Source of the DNA: Eledone cirrhosa
Taxonomy: Eukaryota
Direction of reading: 5' to 3'
Length of the DNA stretch: 64,000 nt
Assembly (NCBI GenBank): GCA_964016885.1
Contig: OZ024745.1
Location: forward strand, 62,682,001-62,746,000
Shown: piece after piece, positions 11,953 to 23,000 of the stretch
Numbering within the stretch: position 1 is the first letter of the stretch
How the letters are laid out: every line of letters starts with the position of its first letter
Translations under genes and position numbers: made by a program
The notes under the pieces: model-generated
Seen by the model: the letters and a program-made list of their open reading frames with translations, nothing else
Told to the model about the DNA's origin: nothing
Database searches by the model: none

Positions 11953-12176
11953 ATATTGGTAAAAGGAAAAGAAAATGCTGACAAATTGTTCCCTGTGAAA
12001 AATAGTTTAATTAGGAATAAGTAAAAATTAGTAATAAGTATTGGTTAGTATTCAGTTTTAGTTTTAAGTTTTTACCGGTTGCGCATTTCTAATGCTTTTC
12101 AAAAATTATTTTTACTTATTCCTAATTAAAATATTTTTCACTGGGAACAATTTGTCAGCATTTTCTTTTCCTTTTA

Positions 12177-12183
<7 letters not shown>
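11953..12183. repeat. Palindrome with ~78-bp arms between (TA)n tracts
   Basis: atattggtaaaaggaaaagaaaatgctgacaaattgttccc versus gggaacaatttgtcagcattttcttttccttttaccaatat. Confidence 0.9.
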
Positions 12184-12215
<32 letters not shown>

Positions 12216-12890
12216 ACATCAACATATGGTTAAAAGAGTTCCAAGTATTTGATTATGCGCATTTAAAAAAAAAATCATCATGGGATGATATCTGCGTTCT
12301 CATCATATAAAATAGGGATACATGATATGAAGCTTAAAAAACACTTGTGAATAGTATAGTATTAAATCAACATATGAAAAATAAATTAAGATTGATGTAT
12401 GAGATTGGGAAAAAGTTGGAAAAGGTGAGGAAGAGATGAGAGTAAAGAATGGTGGGGGAGGTGTATAAGGATGAAAGAGGAGGGGAAATAGGTGATAGAG
12501 AGAGAGAGATAGCCTTTACAACTGAGAAAAAGTATATATTGTCTCACATAGAGAAATTAATAAGCCGTTGGAAGATAATAAATAATTTAAAATAATTTGA
12601 AATTAAAAGTTAGTGAGGTTTATGCATGAAGAGAAAAAGGAATTAAGAATAATATTAAATTAAGGTTTGTATATTGAAGGGTTTAATAATATGTGCGAGG
12701 AAAAGAAATTATTAATATGTATTATTAAAATAATCCTTATGTATATATATATAAATATATATATATATTCATAAGGATATATATATGTATATATTTAGAT
12801 ATAGTCACAGATACATATATGAGTGTGGCTACTTTCAACGGTGTTGCTCTATGATAAAGTGAATTAAGCAAATAATTATTAATCAGAGCT

Positions 12891-13063
12891 ATATATAATT
12901 ATATGTTTGAAGAAAACTCAGATAAAGTGTATCCAAATATTTTCCTCCTTAGTCCGTAGAAATCAACTAGATACTCCGTTAAAATGATTATTTATCTAGT
13001 TGATTTCTACGGACTAAGGAGGAAAAGAATTGGATATACTTTTGCTGTTCTTTAAACATACAG

Positions 13064-13070
<7 letters not shown>
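12891..13070. repeat. Palindrome next to (TA)n
   Basis: ttttcctccttagtccgtagaaatcaactagata / tatctagttgatttctacggactaaggaggaaaa, with weaker outer arms. Confidence 0.88.
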
Positions 13071-13120
<50 letters not shown>

Positions 13121-13239
13121 GAGAAAGGGAGGGAGCTCAAATGCGAAAATAGCTGTTAAAAGTCAGTTTCTATGATGATTATAGCAAAGAGTCGGGGTAA
13201 TGAACACCTCTGAATAAACAGAAGTATGGCCAAAGAAGA

Positions 13240-13281
<42 letters not shown>

Positions 13282-13368
13282 GAGAGAGAGCGATTGAAGA
13301 AGAAAAGAGTGATAGAGCGTATAACGCCGACACGGAGAAGAGAGACTGCGTTCCCTATGCCAGCAGTA

Positions 13369-13555
13369 TGTGGATTGGCAGTATCGGTAGAGAGTCGGAC
13401 GCCATGCTTGCCAGCATAGTTACATCCCTTTACGGTCTGAGTTCAAATCCCACCGAGGTTAACTTTGCAATTTCATCCTTACAGGGTCGAGAAAATAAAG
13501 TACCAGTAATGTATTGGGTTATTGCTGGCCTTGTGCCAAATGTACAAACAATTAT
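13369..13555 (+). mobile_element. tRNA-derived SINE, full length
   Basis: A-box-like tggcagtatcgg, B-box gagttcaaatccc, 3' end ggccttgtgccaaa..acaattat. Confidence 0.88.
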
Positions 13556-13580
13556 ATCATTATATGTTCTATCACTTTGG

Positions 13581-13688
<108 letters not shown>

Positions 13689-13840
13689 GGCTTACTAAAA
13701 CCACTGGTGTTATTTTAGCATTCTCCGGCCAAGTATATATATATTCTTTTAAAAACGTTCTTTGTACAGAGTTGTTTTCTTTTTGAAATACGTATGTTTT
13801 AAGGTATTCTGAGGCTGTGTTCTTGAAACCTTATATTTTT

Positions 13841-13940
13841 CCCGCCGAGGTTGACTTTGCCTTTCATCGTTACGGGGTCGATAAAATAAAGTACCAGTAC
13901 TGGGGATAATTGCTGGCCTTGTGCCAAAAGTAGAAACAGT
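13841..13940 (+). mobile_element. SINE, 5'-truncated, with TSD
   Basis: 3' half of the same SINE; direct repeat ttatatttttc at 13831-13841 and 13940-13950. Confidence 0.87.
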
Positions 13941-14613
13941 TATATTTTTCTAATATGTTTCTAATTTGTTTTAAAATTTCCCTCCAACCATTATTAGCGG
14001 TGATCGTCGCATACAATACAGTTGCGGGTGTGTACGCGATCGGTGTAGACGAGGGCGCCTAAAGACAGTTAAAGCATACAACCCCTTACCTACCACAGTA
14101 GTAATTCCGATCTAAGAAACAAATTTGATTGACAGGTGGAGAATGAAAAGAACCAAATAGTGGACAACCATGAGTGGCTAGAAATATCGATGACGTGTGC
14201 AATTCTTGACCACTCATAGAATGACAACAACAGGATCTAAGCCGACAGGCGTAGGATATCGATGTAAAAGGACATTAGGAAAATATGCTTCGTAGAATCA
14301 AGACGTATCTGAGGACCTTGAGATTTTCAGAGTCAGGTTCGATCATCACATCGATCGTGCCTCCAGCTGGTCGCCAGAGAAACTATTGTAATATGTCCAA
14401 TAAATTCCATTCGTCGCAACACTGATTCTCTTCTTTTCTGTGATATCATCACCTGCTCTATGAGAGCGTCGAATGCTCACTCGGCCTACCGCGTACGGAC
14501 GCTTTAAGCATCCAACACTAATTAAATATATGTGTATATATTTATATATATATATATTCGTAAAATTGGAGTATCGTCTGCGCGAATATACAGGGAGAGA
14601 GAGAGGGGGGAAT

Positions 14614-14616
<3 letters not shown>

Positions 14617-14670
<54 letters not shown>
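14617..14670 (+). repeat. (AG)n microsatellite
   Basis: Pure AG run. Confidence 0.95.
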
Positions 14671-14676
<6 letters not shown>

Positions 14677-14939
14677 GAGAGAGCGAGAGAGAATCTGCAG
14701 TGTTGAAACAGTGGAGACCGCAAATCAAGTGAATACTCATTGCATGGAGAGAGACAGACTTAGTATAGAGAAAATAGTACTCTACCGATCTCTGTATATA
14801 TTCTGCCCCTCCCCGTGCATTAAGTACTCCCATGATTTGTGGTCTCCTCACCACCATTATTTACATTAGCCCCTTCGGTAGAGCACTATTTCCGACCCTT
14901 TTCGATGGATCCAGGGATTAAATCTCTCTCTCTCTCCCC

Positions 14940-14988
<49 letters not shown>

Positions 14989-15079
14989 CACATATAAATA
15001 TATGTGTGCATCTGTGTGCGTGTGTGTATATATATATATATATTTATATTCATATAATCTAACACTGAAATGTGATCCA

Positions 15080-15266
15080 GCGCATTGGCAGTATCAGTAG
15101 AGGGTTGGACGCCATGCTTTGACGCATAGAGTTACGGCCCTTGTCATTCTGAATTCAAATCCCGCCGAGGTTACCTTTGCCTTTCATCCTTACGGGGTCG
15201 ATAAAATAAAGTACGAGTAATGCACTAGGTAGTTGCTGGCTTTGTGCCAAAAGTAGAAACAATTAT
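15080..15266 (+). mobile_element. tRNA-derived SINE, full length
   Basis: Same A and B boxes, and the 3' end gtgccaaaagtagaaacaattatt. Confidence 0.87.
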
Positions 15267-16097
15267 TTTACAAATACACGGACCCACGCACACACACACA
15301 CACACTAGCGCGCGCGCACACACGCATGCACACACAAAAGCACCCACATATGCTTAAGGAAAATGAAACATACAAGCACAAACACATCAGACAATTATTG
15401 GCGTGTATTACCCTCTGTGAGAATGTATTACTGTGTGGTTGTATGAGTTTATTACTGTTATTAGAACATTTTAATAATTCTTATATATAAATAGCATGTT
15501 ATAGAATCTTAACACTATTGGTCTTCCGACAATAATGGAATGACTCTCGGCACATTGTAATCAAAACGAATTTTCTGACTTCATGATACTTTTAATAATA
15601 TGTATGTTTATATTTATTCCGATAACGTGAATCAATATTTTCATACTGCCTTGGGAAATCATGGATATATATCAATAAATAAAGCTCCATAGTGCCATGA
15701 GATATAAGACAATAACGGGGATTGCAATCTTCATGGATGACCTGGATCTATGTGTAACCTGAAGGGCGCAGGCATACAGTAAACTACGACGTATTACATA
15801 ATGAGCTACACATGCTGGAGATCATAACAGGTTTATTATATATAAACTACGTAATGTAACAGATTCAGCTTGTTAAGTTCTGTATTTTCCATATAGGAGC
15901 CTGATATGGGTCTGCAATGATGTAGCAGAGTTTATGTTTCCATGTCAGCGGTTGGTATACGCGGTTGTGCTTACGGCTTAAAGCAATAAACGGGCTTATT
16001 TCTCTCTCTCTATATATATAACGAAAGAAGTGTGGTAAGGAACCAGATGGACCATAACGCTCCAGAGTACTCAATACTTAGGGTAGTAGAGTGGGTA

Positions 16098-16223
16098 ATA
16101 GGAAAAAGTTTAACCCCGACTGCATAGCTCAGGTCGTTTCGACGGCTATTTCTGGACTAATAGCTGTCGAAATAGCCGTCGAAACGGCTTGAGCTCTACC
16201 GTCGGGGTTAAACTTTTTTCTAT
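16098..16223. repeat. Palindrome made of hammerhead 3'-half-like sequence
   Basis: aaaaagtttaaccccgac..agctcaggtcgtttcgacggctatttc / gaaatagccgtcgaaacggcttgagct..gtcggggttaaacttttt. Confidence 0.85.
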
Positions 16224-16226
16224 ATA

Positions 16227-16258
<32 letters not shown>

Positions 16259-16427
16259 GGGATAACAAGTTATCGTTATAGGTAATTCAGTTAGAGGTTG
16301 TGAGTACTCCGTATTGTGGATAGTTTTAACGTACGGCGTTGTTTGACTGAACAAGAGGTTTCCATCGTTAGGTTGCGAGTTCGCGAGAATCCCTATGTAG
16401 GTTATTCTTGGAGTAATAATAGTGAAA

Positions 16428-16502
16428 TATTGAAGAATAACATGGTCGTCTGTACAAAAAATAAACAACTTTTTTGTACAGCCGACCATGTTATTCTTCA
16501 AT
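16428..16502. repeat. Hairpin with ~32-bp arms before (TA)n
   Basis: attgaagaataacatggtcgtctgtacaaaaaa / ttttttgtacagccgaccatgttattcttcaat. Confidence 0.85.
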
Positions 16503-16507
16503 CTTTC

Positions 16508-16584
<77 letters not shown>

Positions 16585-16586
<2 letters not shown>

Positions 16587-17995
16587 TAAATTTCTTTAAA
16601 ATTGGAAGCCTCGACAATGCAAATGGGTAAATCTCCGGGTAAGAAGATTCGGTGGTGGAGAGAGAGATGTAAGTGGGTGTACGTTGAGATGCGTGGCGTG
16701 TATAAGACGTGTAGAGGAATGAAGGAAAGAACGTAAAGGATAAAAATAAAAATAACAACACGAGAGAGAGTTACCTTGGGAGAGAATTAATTGTCCCTAT
16801 ATATTTCGCATTCAAATCCATCAACTGGAATTTTTTTCCGGGGTGGGGAAAAGGTTGTCTGTCGGAAAGGTGCGAAATGTGTCCTCCGCTGTTCATTGTT
16901 TTGAATATCTGAGGTATTCAGCAGAGCGTGCGTGCTGAATACCTCAGATATTCTCCCTGCGAACATGCCTCTCCAGGAAACCCGGGAAATCAACTGACGC
17001 ATGCTCCCTCAGTGATTGCCCGATGCGCCATGCGAACTGTTGCCTACGCACATACGTCGTGTATGAGATAGAATGTAACAATTGCAACCAACACTATATA
17101 GGTAGCACAATCCGGCCGTTGCACATCCGGATCAAGGAACACACTAAAACCAGGGCCTCGTCTTTCCGGAAACACATAGCCAAATGCGGAAACAAAGACT
17201 GAAGGCCCATTGTCACAATTCTAGCGACAGAAAGAAACGTCGGCACGTTACGTATCAAGGAAGCACTTTGGATCAAACGTCTAGGGCCACAATTAAACAA
17301 TCGATCCGAGAGAAGCGAAATGAGGTGGTTGGTTTAAGTTAACTAACGATGCAGCAACACACCCACACACACAAGCGAGACAGCAACACACGCTCAAACA
17401 CTCACACAGTAGCATTCCACCATTCGAACATACTACACCGCCAATACAGAGAAACAAGGCAACAACACACGCACACACACACACACTCAAGCGAGACAAC
17501 AACACACGCACACACACACACACACACAGTAACATTCAACAAACAGGCAGAGAATGGGCTGACAGCTAGCGCCACCCCACTCCCACATTTGAAAGAACTA
17601 CTTCGGCCGCTGACCTGTGCCTGACCGACCCCATTTCACGCTCACGCGCGCTCTGCTTAATACCTCAGATATTCAAAACAACAAACAGCGGAGGACACGT
17701 TTCGCACTTTACCGACAGACAACCTTTCCCCCACCCCGGAAAAAAACCCCAGTTGATGCATGTGAATCCGAAATATATAGGGACAATTAAATCTCTCCCA
17801 AGGTAACTCTCTCTCGTGTTTTTATTTTTATTTTTATCCTTTACGCTCTTTCCTTCATTCCTCTACACGTCTTATACACGCCACGCATCTCAACGTACAC
17901 CCACTTACATCTCTCTCTCCACCACCGGATCTTGTTACCCGGAGATTTACCTATTTGCATTGTCGAGGCTTCCAAACGACTTAAAGAAATTTACC
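16585..17995 (+). mobile_element. Penelope-like element: inverted pLTR (16585-16928), truncated GIY-YIG body and pLTR (17649-17995)
   Basis: ~345-bp inverted arms enclosing a GIY-YIG remnant; (TA)n on both sides. Confidence 0.85.
16957..17337 (+). pseudogene. GIY-YIG endonuclease C-terminal remnant (missed by the ORF track)
   Basis: Manual translation: LRTCLSRKPGKSTDACSLSDCPMRHANCCLRTYVVYEIECNNCNQHYIGSTIRPLHIRIKEH...*...LRIKEALWIKRLGPQLNNRSE. Confidence 0.85.
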
Positions 17996-18030
17996 TTATT
18001 ATTCCACAATGCTTCAAGCAAACTTCAATA

Positions 18031-18079
<49 letters not shown>

Positions 18080-18177
18080 AGAAGACCGTTTATTGCTTTA
18101 AGCCGTAAGCACAACTGCTTATACCAACCACTCAGATGAACACATACACTTTGTTACATCATTGCAGACCCACATCA

Positions 18178-18480
<303 letters not shown>

Positions 18481-19442
18481 ATGCAATCGCTTATACAAAA
18501 AACAAAAGAAACGATCTAAACTGCTTATGTGACCTTAGGAAATCTTCCAACATGATCTAGAACAACACTTGAACAAAACAAACATAAAACTAATAACTTT
18601 GCATGTCAGAAGGACAGAGGTCTGGCCAGAAATCATTCGGCTATTTTTTTTTTTTTAAACACAAAGAAAGAAATTCGTGTAAAAATTATTTGTACACTAG
18701 AACCGCATACATTCTCGCGAATTTGGGTATTGTCTAAGCTCGCTGGTTCCACTAGTCACTGTCTGTTCTTTGATATAACACATACGCGTCAGGTTTTCAT
18801 TTCGCCGCATCTCACAATAAGTATCCTGATTTCTTGAATACTCAAATAACTGAACATGAGATGAAATAAATACGTGCACGCCCGGGAGTCAAAATCCTGT
18901 CATCAGAGTGGATGCACTCCAAATCGCCAAGTCACTGAAATATTCCGCATAAAAAGACAGAATTACTTGGCTAAGCAATTCCTTTATCGAAGAGGATGTG
19001 CAAATGATCTACACACACTAAGTATTTTCCAAAGTTTCATGTCATATTATTTGTCGACAGCCCTTGTGCATCCTTAAAATAACTGTCGAGTATCTATCAA
19101 AACATCTGTCTAGATTTAAAAGCCTGACTGACAATGAGAGTGCAAGCATATTTCCTTACACACCCTTTCTCTTTTGACATTTTAATGTGCTAACAAAACC
19201 GTTAGACGTGAAAAACTCACTTTTTCAGGTCAATTTCCTCCACTTTATATGATTGAATCTTATATGTATATATATATGAATGAAAATAGACCGAGAAAGA
19301 GGAATGTCCATCATCAGTAGTCTGCTGATTATCACTTGGTATTTCTTCGCATTAAAGACTAGATACCTAAAATCAGTGCGAGCGATAACTAAATTAAGTT
19401 ATCGGCGACAGAGGGAAAGTAAACAAACAACCTGGTAGTAAT

Positions 19443-19642
19443 NNNNNNNNNNNNNNNNNNNNNNNNNNNNNNNNNNNNNNNNNNNNNNNNNNNNNNNNNN
19501 NNNNNNNNNNNNNNNNNNNNNNNNNNNNNNNNNNNNNNNNNNNNNNNNNNNNNNNNNNNNNNNNNNNNNNNNNNNNNNNNNNNNNNNNNNNNNNNNNNNN
19601 NNNNNNNNNNNNNNNNNNNNNNNNNNNNNNNNNNNNNNNNNN
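19443..19642. other. Assembly gap (200 N)
   Basis: Run of N. Confidence 1.
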
Positions 19643-19929
19643 GAAGAAACAGACGCGTCCGAGCCACGCGAAAAGTGAGAGACGAAAGAATTTCGCGATG
19701 GTCATACGGGAGGAAGTGAGAGAAGGAGTAGCAGAGAGTGAGTGAGTGAAAGTGTGGGGAAGGGGCCAGCCGAGAGTGTGTGGCCAGCAGCGGGGGGTGG
19801 CAGAAATCAAGAGGTAAAGGAGAGAGAAGGGGGAGAGAGAAAGAGGATAGCAGTAAGTTGACAGAAAAAATACGAACCATAGCGAAGGGAAAAGATATAT
19901 GTGAATGAAAAATGGCGTGCCATTTTTCA

Positions 19930-19975
<46 letters not shown>

Positions 19976-20449
19976 ATTTACTACTCATAATGTCAATGTG
20001 TCCCAACAACACGTCTTCATAAGACATAGACACTGATATGTTATTATAATTAGATTTTTTTCTTTGCATAAACGTATAAAACAACACCACCAAACACAAA
20101 ACTGACCATTCTCAGTGAAACCAGCAGTTACGAAATACTACTACTACTACTACTACTACTAGTAGTAGAAGTAGTACTTTCGGGGCCACAAATACACAAT
20201 AGGAAAAGGCCCCGAAAGAGATAATGATCGATTTAGATCATATTCAAATAGCAATCGTCATATTCAAATAGCGATCTTCCTTAAAATTGAAGTCCTTGCA
20301 CAAAAAGATTCGATGGCCATCACTCCATTGGCCTAAGTGTTTACTCTCTATCCAACCTATCTCTCAAGGGTGATTGTCAGGATGAAAATAACAGGTATCC
20401 CGCTAGACATGAAGATCTGGTGAATTGTGGGCTAGATCACAATTATTAA

Positions 20450-21200
20450 AGGAATAGTGATAGAGAAGACTAGAAAAGGGAGAGAAAAGATTAGAAAGCT
20501 AGAAGAGGCCATTAGGGAAGTTATCGCAGCCGACGTCATTGCAGCGAGATTGGTGCTCGACAGGTTCTTTACTGCAAATCACGAAGGCGCCGTTGTCAGA
20601 ACTAAGCCGTGTGCTCTTAAACACAAGTGGCGGAGGCGCAGCATGGCAACAAAGCCACACTTCTGTCTTTCACGGTATTCAATTCTAAGAAGGTATGTGC
20701 TGTTTTTCAGAGACATTTCGTGCAAATTTTCATGAGCAGTGATGGGTCGGACTGAAGCATGTATTTCAGTTTCTAGCCCGGTGGTTTGCCAGGGCTCTCG
20801 GTGAGAGAGGTAAACATTTGCGAAAAGCCGATAACAGCCAATGAAGTATGGGACACAATGGCTAACTGCAAAAGAAGCAAATCGCTTAAATTGGATGGTC
20901 CGCCCTACGAGCTTAACGCGAACATGATAGATTTGGTCTGCGCCATCATAGGGAACGTCTACGCCAACTAGCAGCAGAACGGGAGAATTTGTAGTTCCGT
21001 GAGCCGTGTGGCGTTGCTGAAACGTCGGTACATGGCCGCAATTCTTAAAGCTCCGGGTCTGTTTTCAGAGGATGGATTGCTCCAATGCATATTTAGTGGT
21101 TAGAGGGAACGGCAATCTCTCAGAAGACTTCAACATCATGCGGTCCGTTCGCCAAGATCTAACGTCGTCGAGCACTGGGTGGATGGACGCCTAAATTGTC
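20450..21200 (+). pseudogene. Old, internally deleted Tx1-like ORF2 fragment
   Basis: RKLEEAIREVIAADVIAARLVLDRFFTANHEGAVVR matches RKLEEAFRTGIATDVLTVRLALDQFFNAKHEGCVVR (42286-42813). Also KPITANEV..SKSLKLDGPPYEL. Confidence 0.8.
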
Positions 21201-22534
21201 GTAATGCATGTTAAAAACATTCCCTACAAAAAACTATTATTTCGACTATGCATATATTAGTTAATAATCACATTCTGTCCATACATTTTCTCGTGTTTCA
21301 TTTCATTTCACATCCATATGCTTTCGTTTCTCTTTTCTTTAATTTTATCTACGGACTTTGCGTATACATGTTATCTTTATAGTAGCATATCAATCATTTT
21401 CTCGTTTTGAATATCCGTGTTTCAAATAAAGAAAAAGTCTTTATGTACTACTAAATGCATATTCCATGTTTGTGTATTCAAGTTAGTTACGTTTTGGTGA
21501 TTATATTTACGTTTATGTGGGACCTCAAATAATGGAGTAAAAACCTAGCTTGAGATTGAGATCTTTCCTCTTCTCGATAGTATAAAATATGTACCATTTA
21601 ACATTTTTCATCAAACCTCTACAGCTGAAAGTTCTTGCGAATTACCATTATATTTACGAATATGCCTAGCCGATATCGGCAATATGGCAACATTTCAATG
21701 GGGATTCAGATACGGGGCACAAATATATATCATATATGGTGCATGAAAAAAGGATTAAAAATTTACTTTAGAAACGTATATTGCGGTTCATACCATAGAG
21801 ATAAAAGCAGAAACACATGTTCTGCTGGCAGCAGCAGAAAACAACAACAAACAAACAGTGACCAAACACTAATATTTATGAACATAAAATAAACTGAATA
21901 TAGAATACGTACAATGAGACGACTGAGAATATAATTGTTAGCTGCGCGTTAGTAACATTTAGGTTAGGTTCGCCGCTAGTATGGCGTATGAAGTTATGTT
22001 CTCTGAGTAAAATGCCATCATATCGATACGAAAACAAAACGTGGTATACAAAAAGTACCAATTACGCCAAATAATGATGAGTTAACTATAATGGCTTAGG
22101 CTATATTATCCAAAAGTGGCAATGGTAACAAACGCAAGTTTCAGATATAGCTATCAAGAATGGGAACGAATATTTCCGCACACTGGTTGACATTTCAATT
22201 GATTCTGTTTAAATATTGCACAGAAAGTGGTTGACAAATGTCAGAGAACAAATGTATTGAAATCAAAATAAACAGAATGTCAGTACCAATATTTGGAGTA
22301 GTCAAAATGGCAAAATACGAACAATCTATAAAACTATGACAGGACACAAAAAGCGGCGTAGTTTCACAGAGCCATGTCAGCAATTACTTATATAGCGTGG
22401 TGCACCCTTTAAATTCAATAATACAACACAAAATCTACTCACCACACGTGTCCTACAGAGTCACCACCGAATAAATTAACACAACTCTCACAACACATAA
22501 ATTGCAGAATTTGCTGTACGTAATAAACATGATT

Positions 22535-22740
22535 GATTCTTCTTTGGCACAAGACTAGCAAATTGATTGGAAGCGGGAAGCTAATTCAATCAACTCCAGT
22601 GCGTTACTGGTACATAATTTTATAGAACCTGTAAGGATGAAAGGCAATGTAAACTGGGATTTGAACTCAGAACTTAAAGAGCCTTAAATATAAGCTGCAA
22701 ATCAATTCGTTGGATAATTTACCGATACTGCCATTCCACT
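22535..22740 (-). mobile_element. tRNA-derived SINE, diverged long-form copy
   Basis: ggcacaagactagc...actggtac...gtaaggatgaaaggcaa...gggatttgaactcag...taccgatactgcca. Confidence 0.75.
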
Positions 22741-22771
22741 GTCTTCGAAAGCAAATGTAACAATGATAATC

Positions 22772-22965
22772 ATGGTTTCTTTATTAACCACATTGGACTC
22801 AAATTAAGAGAACATTAAGGATAGGAGAGAATGATACAGAACGACATAGGAAGGTACAGTGTGTTGATTAGAATGTAACAGTTCTGAATAAAATAAAGGT
22901 ATAAAAGAAAACCATGAAAAAGATTCAAAGAAAAATATTCTCCAATAGGGGAAAACGTTTTGAAC
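22772..22965 (-). mobile_element. Diverged Tx1-like 3'-UTR fragment
   Basis: atggtttctttattaaccac matches the 3' termini at 7697 and 40169; caatagggg resembles 28865-28873. The far boundary is uncertain. Confidence 0.5.
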
Positions 22966-23000
22966 GCAACAACCCCTACTTCCCACGTAGCTAAAATCTA

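Larger units (their letters stand above)
11663..13365. repeat. Inverted repeat pair, arms of about 220-240 bp (11663-11883 / 13127-13365)
   Basis: catagggaacgcagtctc...acagctattttc.catttgagc is the reverse complement of gctcaaatg.gaaaatagctgt...gagactgcgttccctatg. Confidence 0.85.

Noticed and set aside
13369-13452. tRNA gene
   Set aside because: A and B boxes belong to a SINE head; no cloverleaf, and the A-B spacing is too long.
19301-19320. CTGATGA-t-ggac on the minus strand
   Set aside because: Only the 5' half is present; no closing stem II or GAAA.
19389-20099. ORFs spanning the N run
   Set aside because: Artefacts of the assembly gap.
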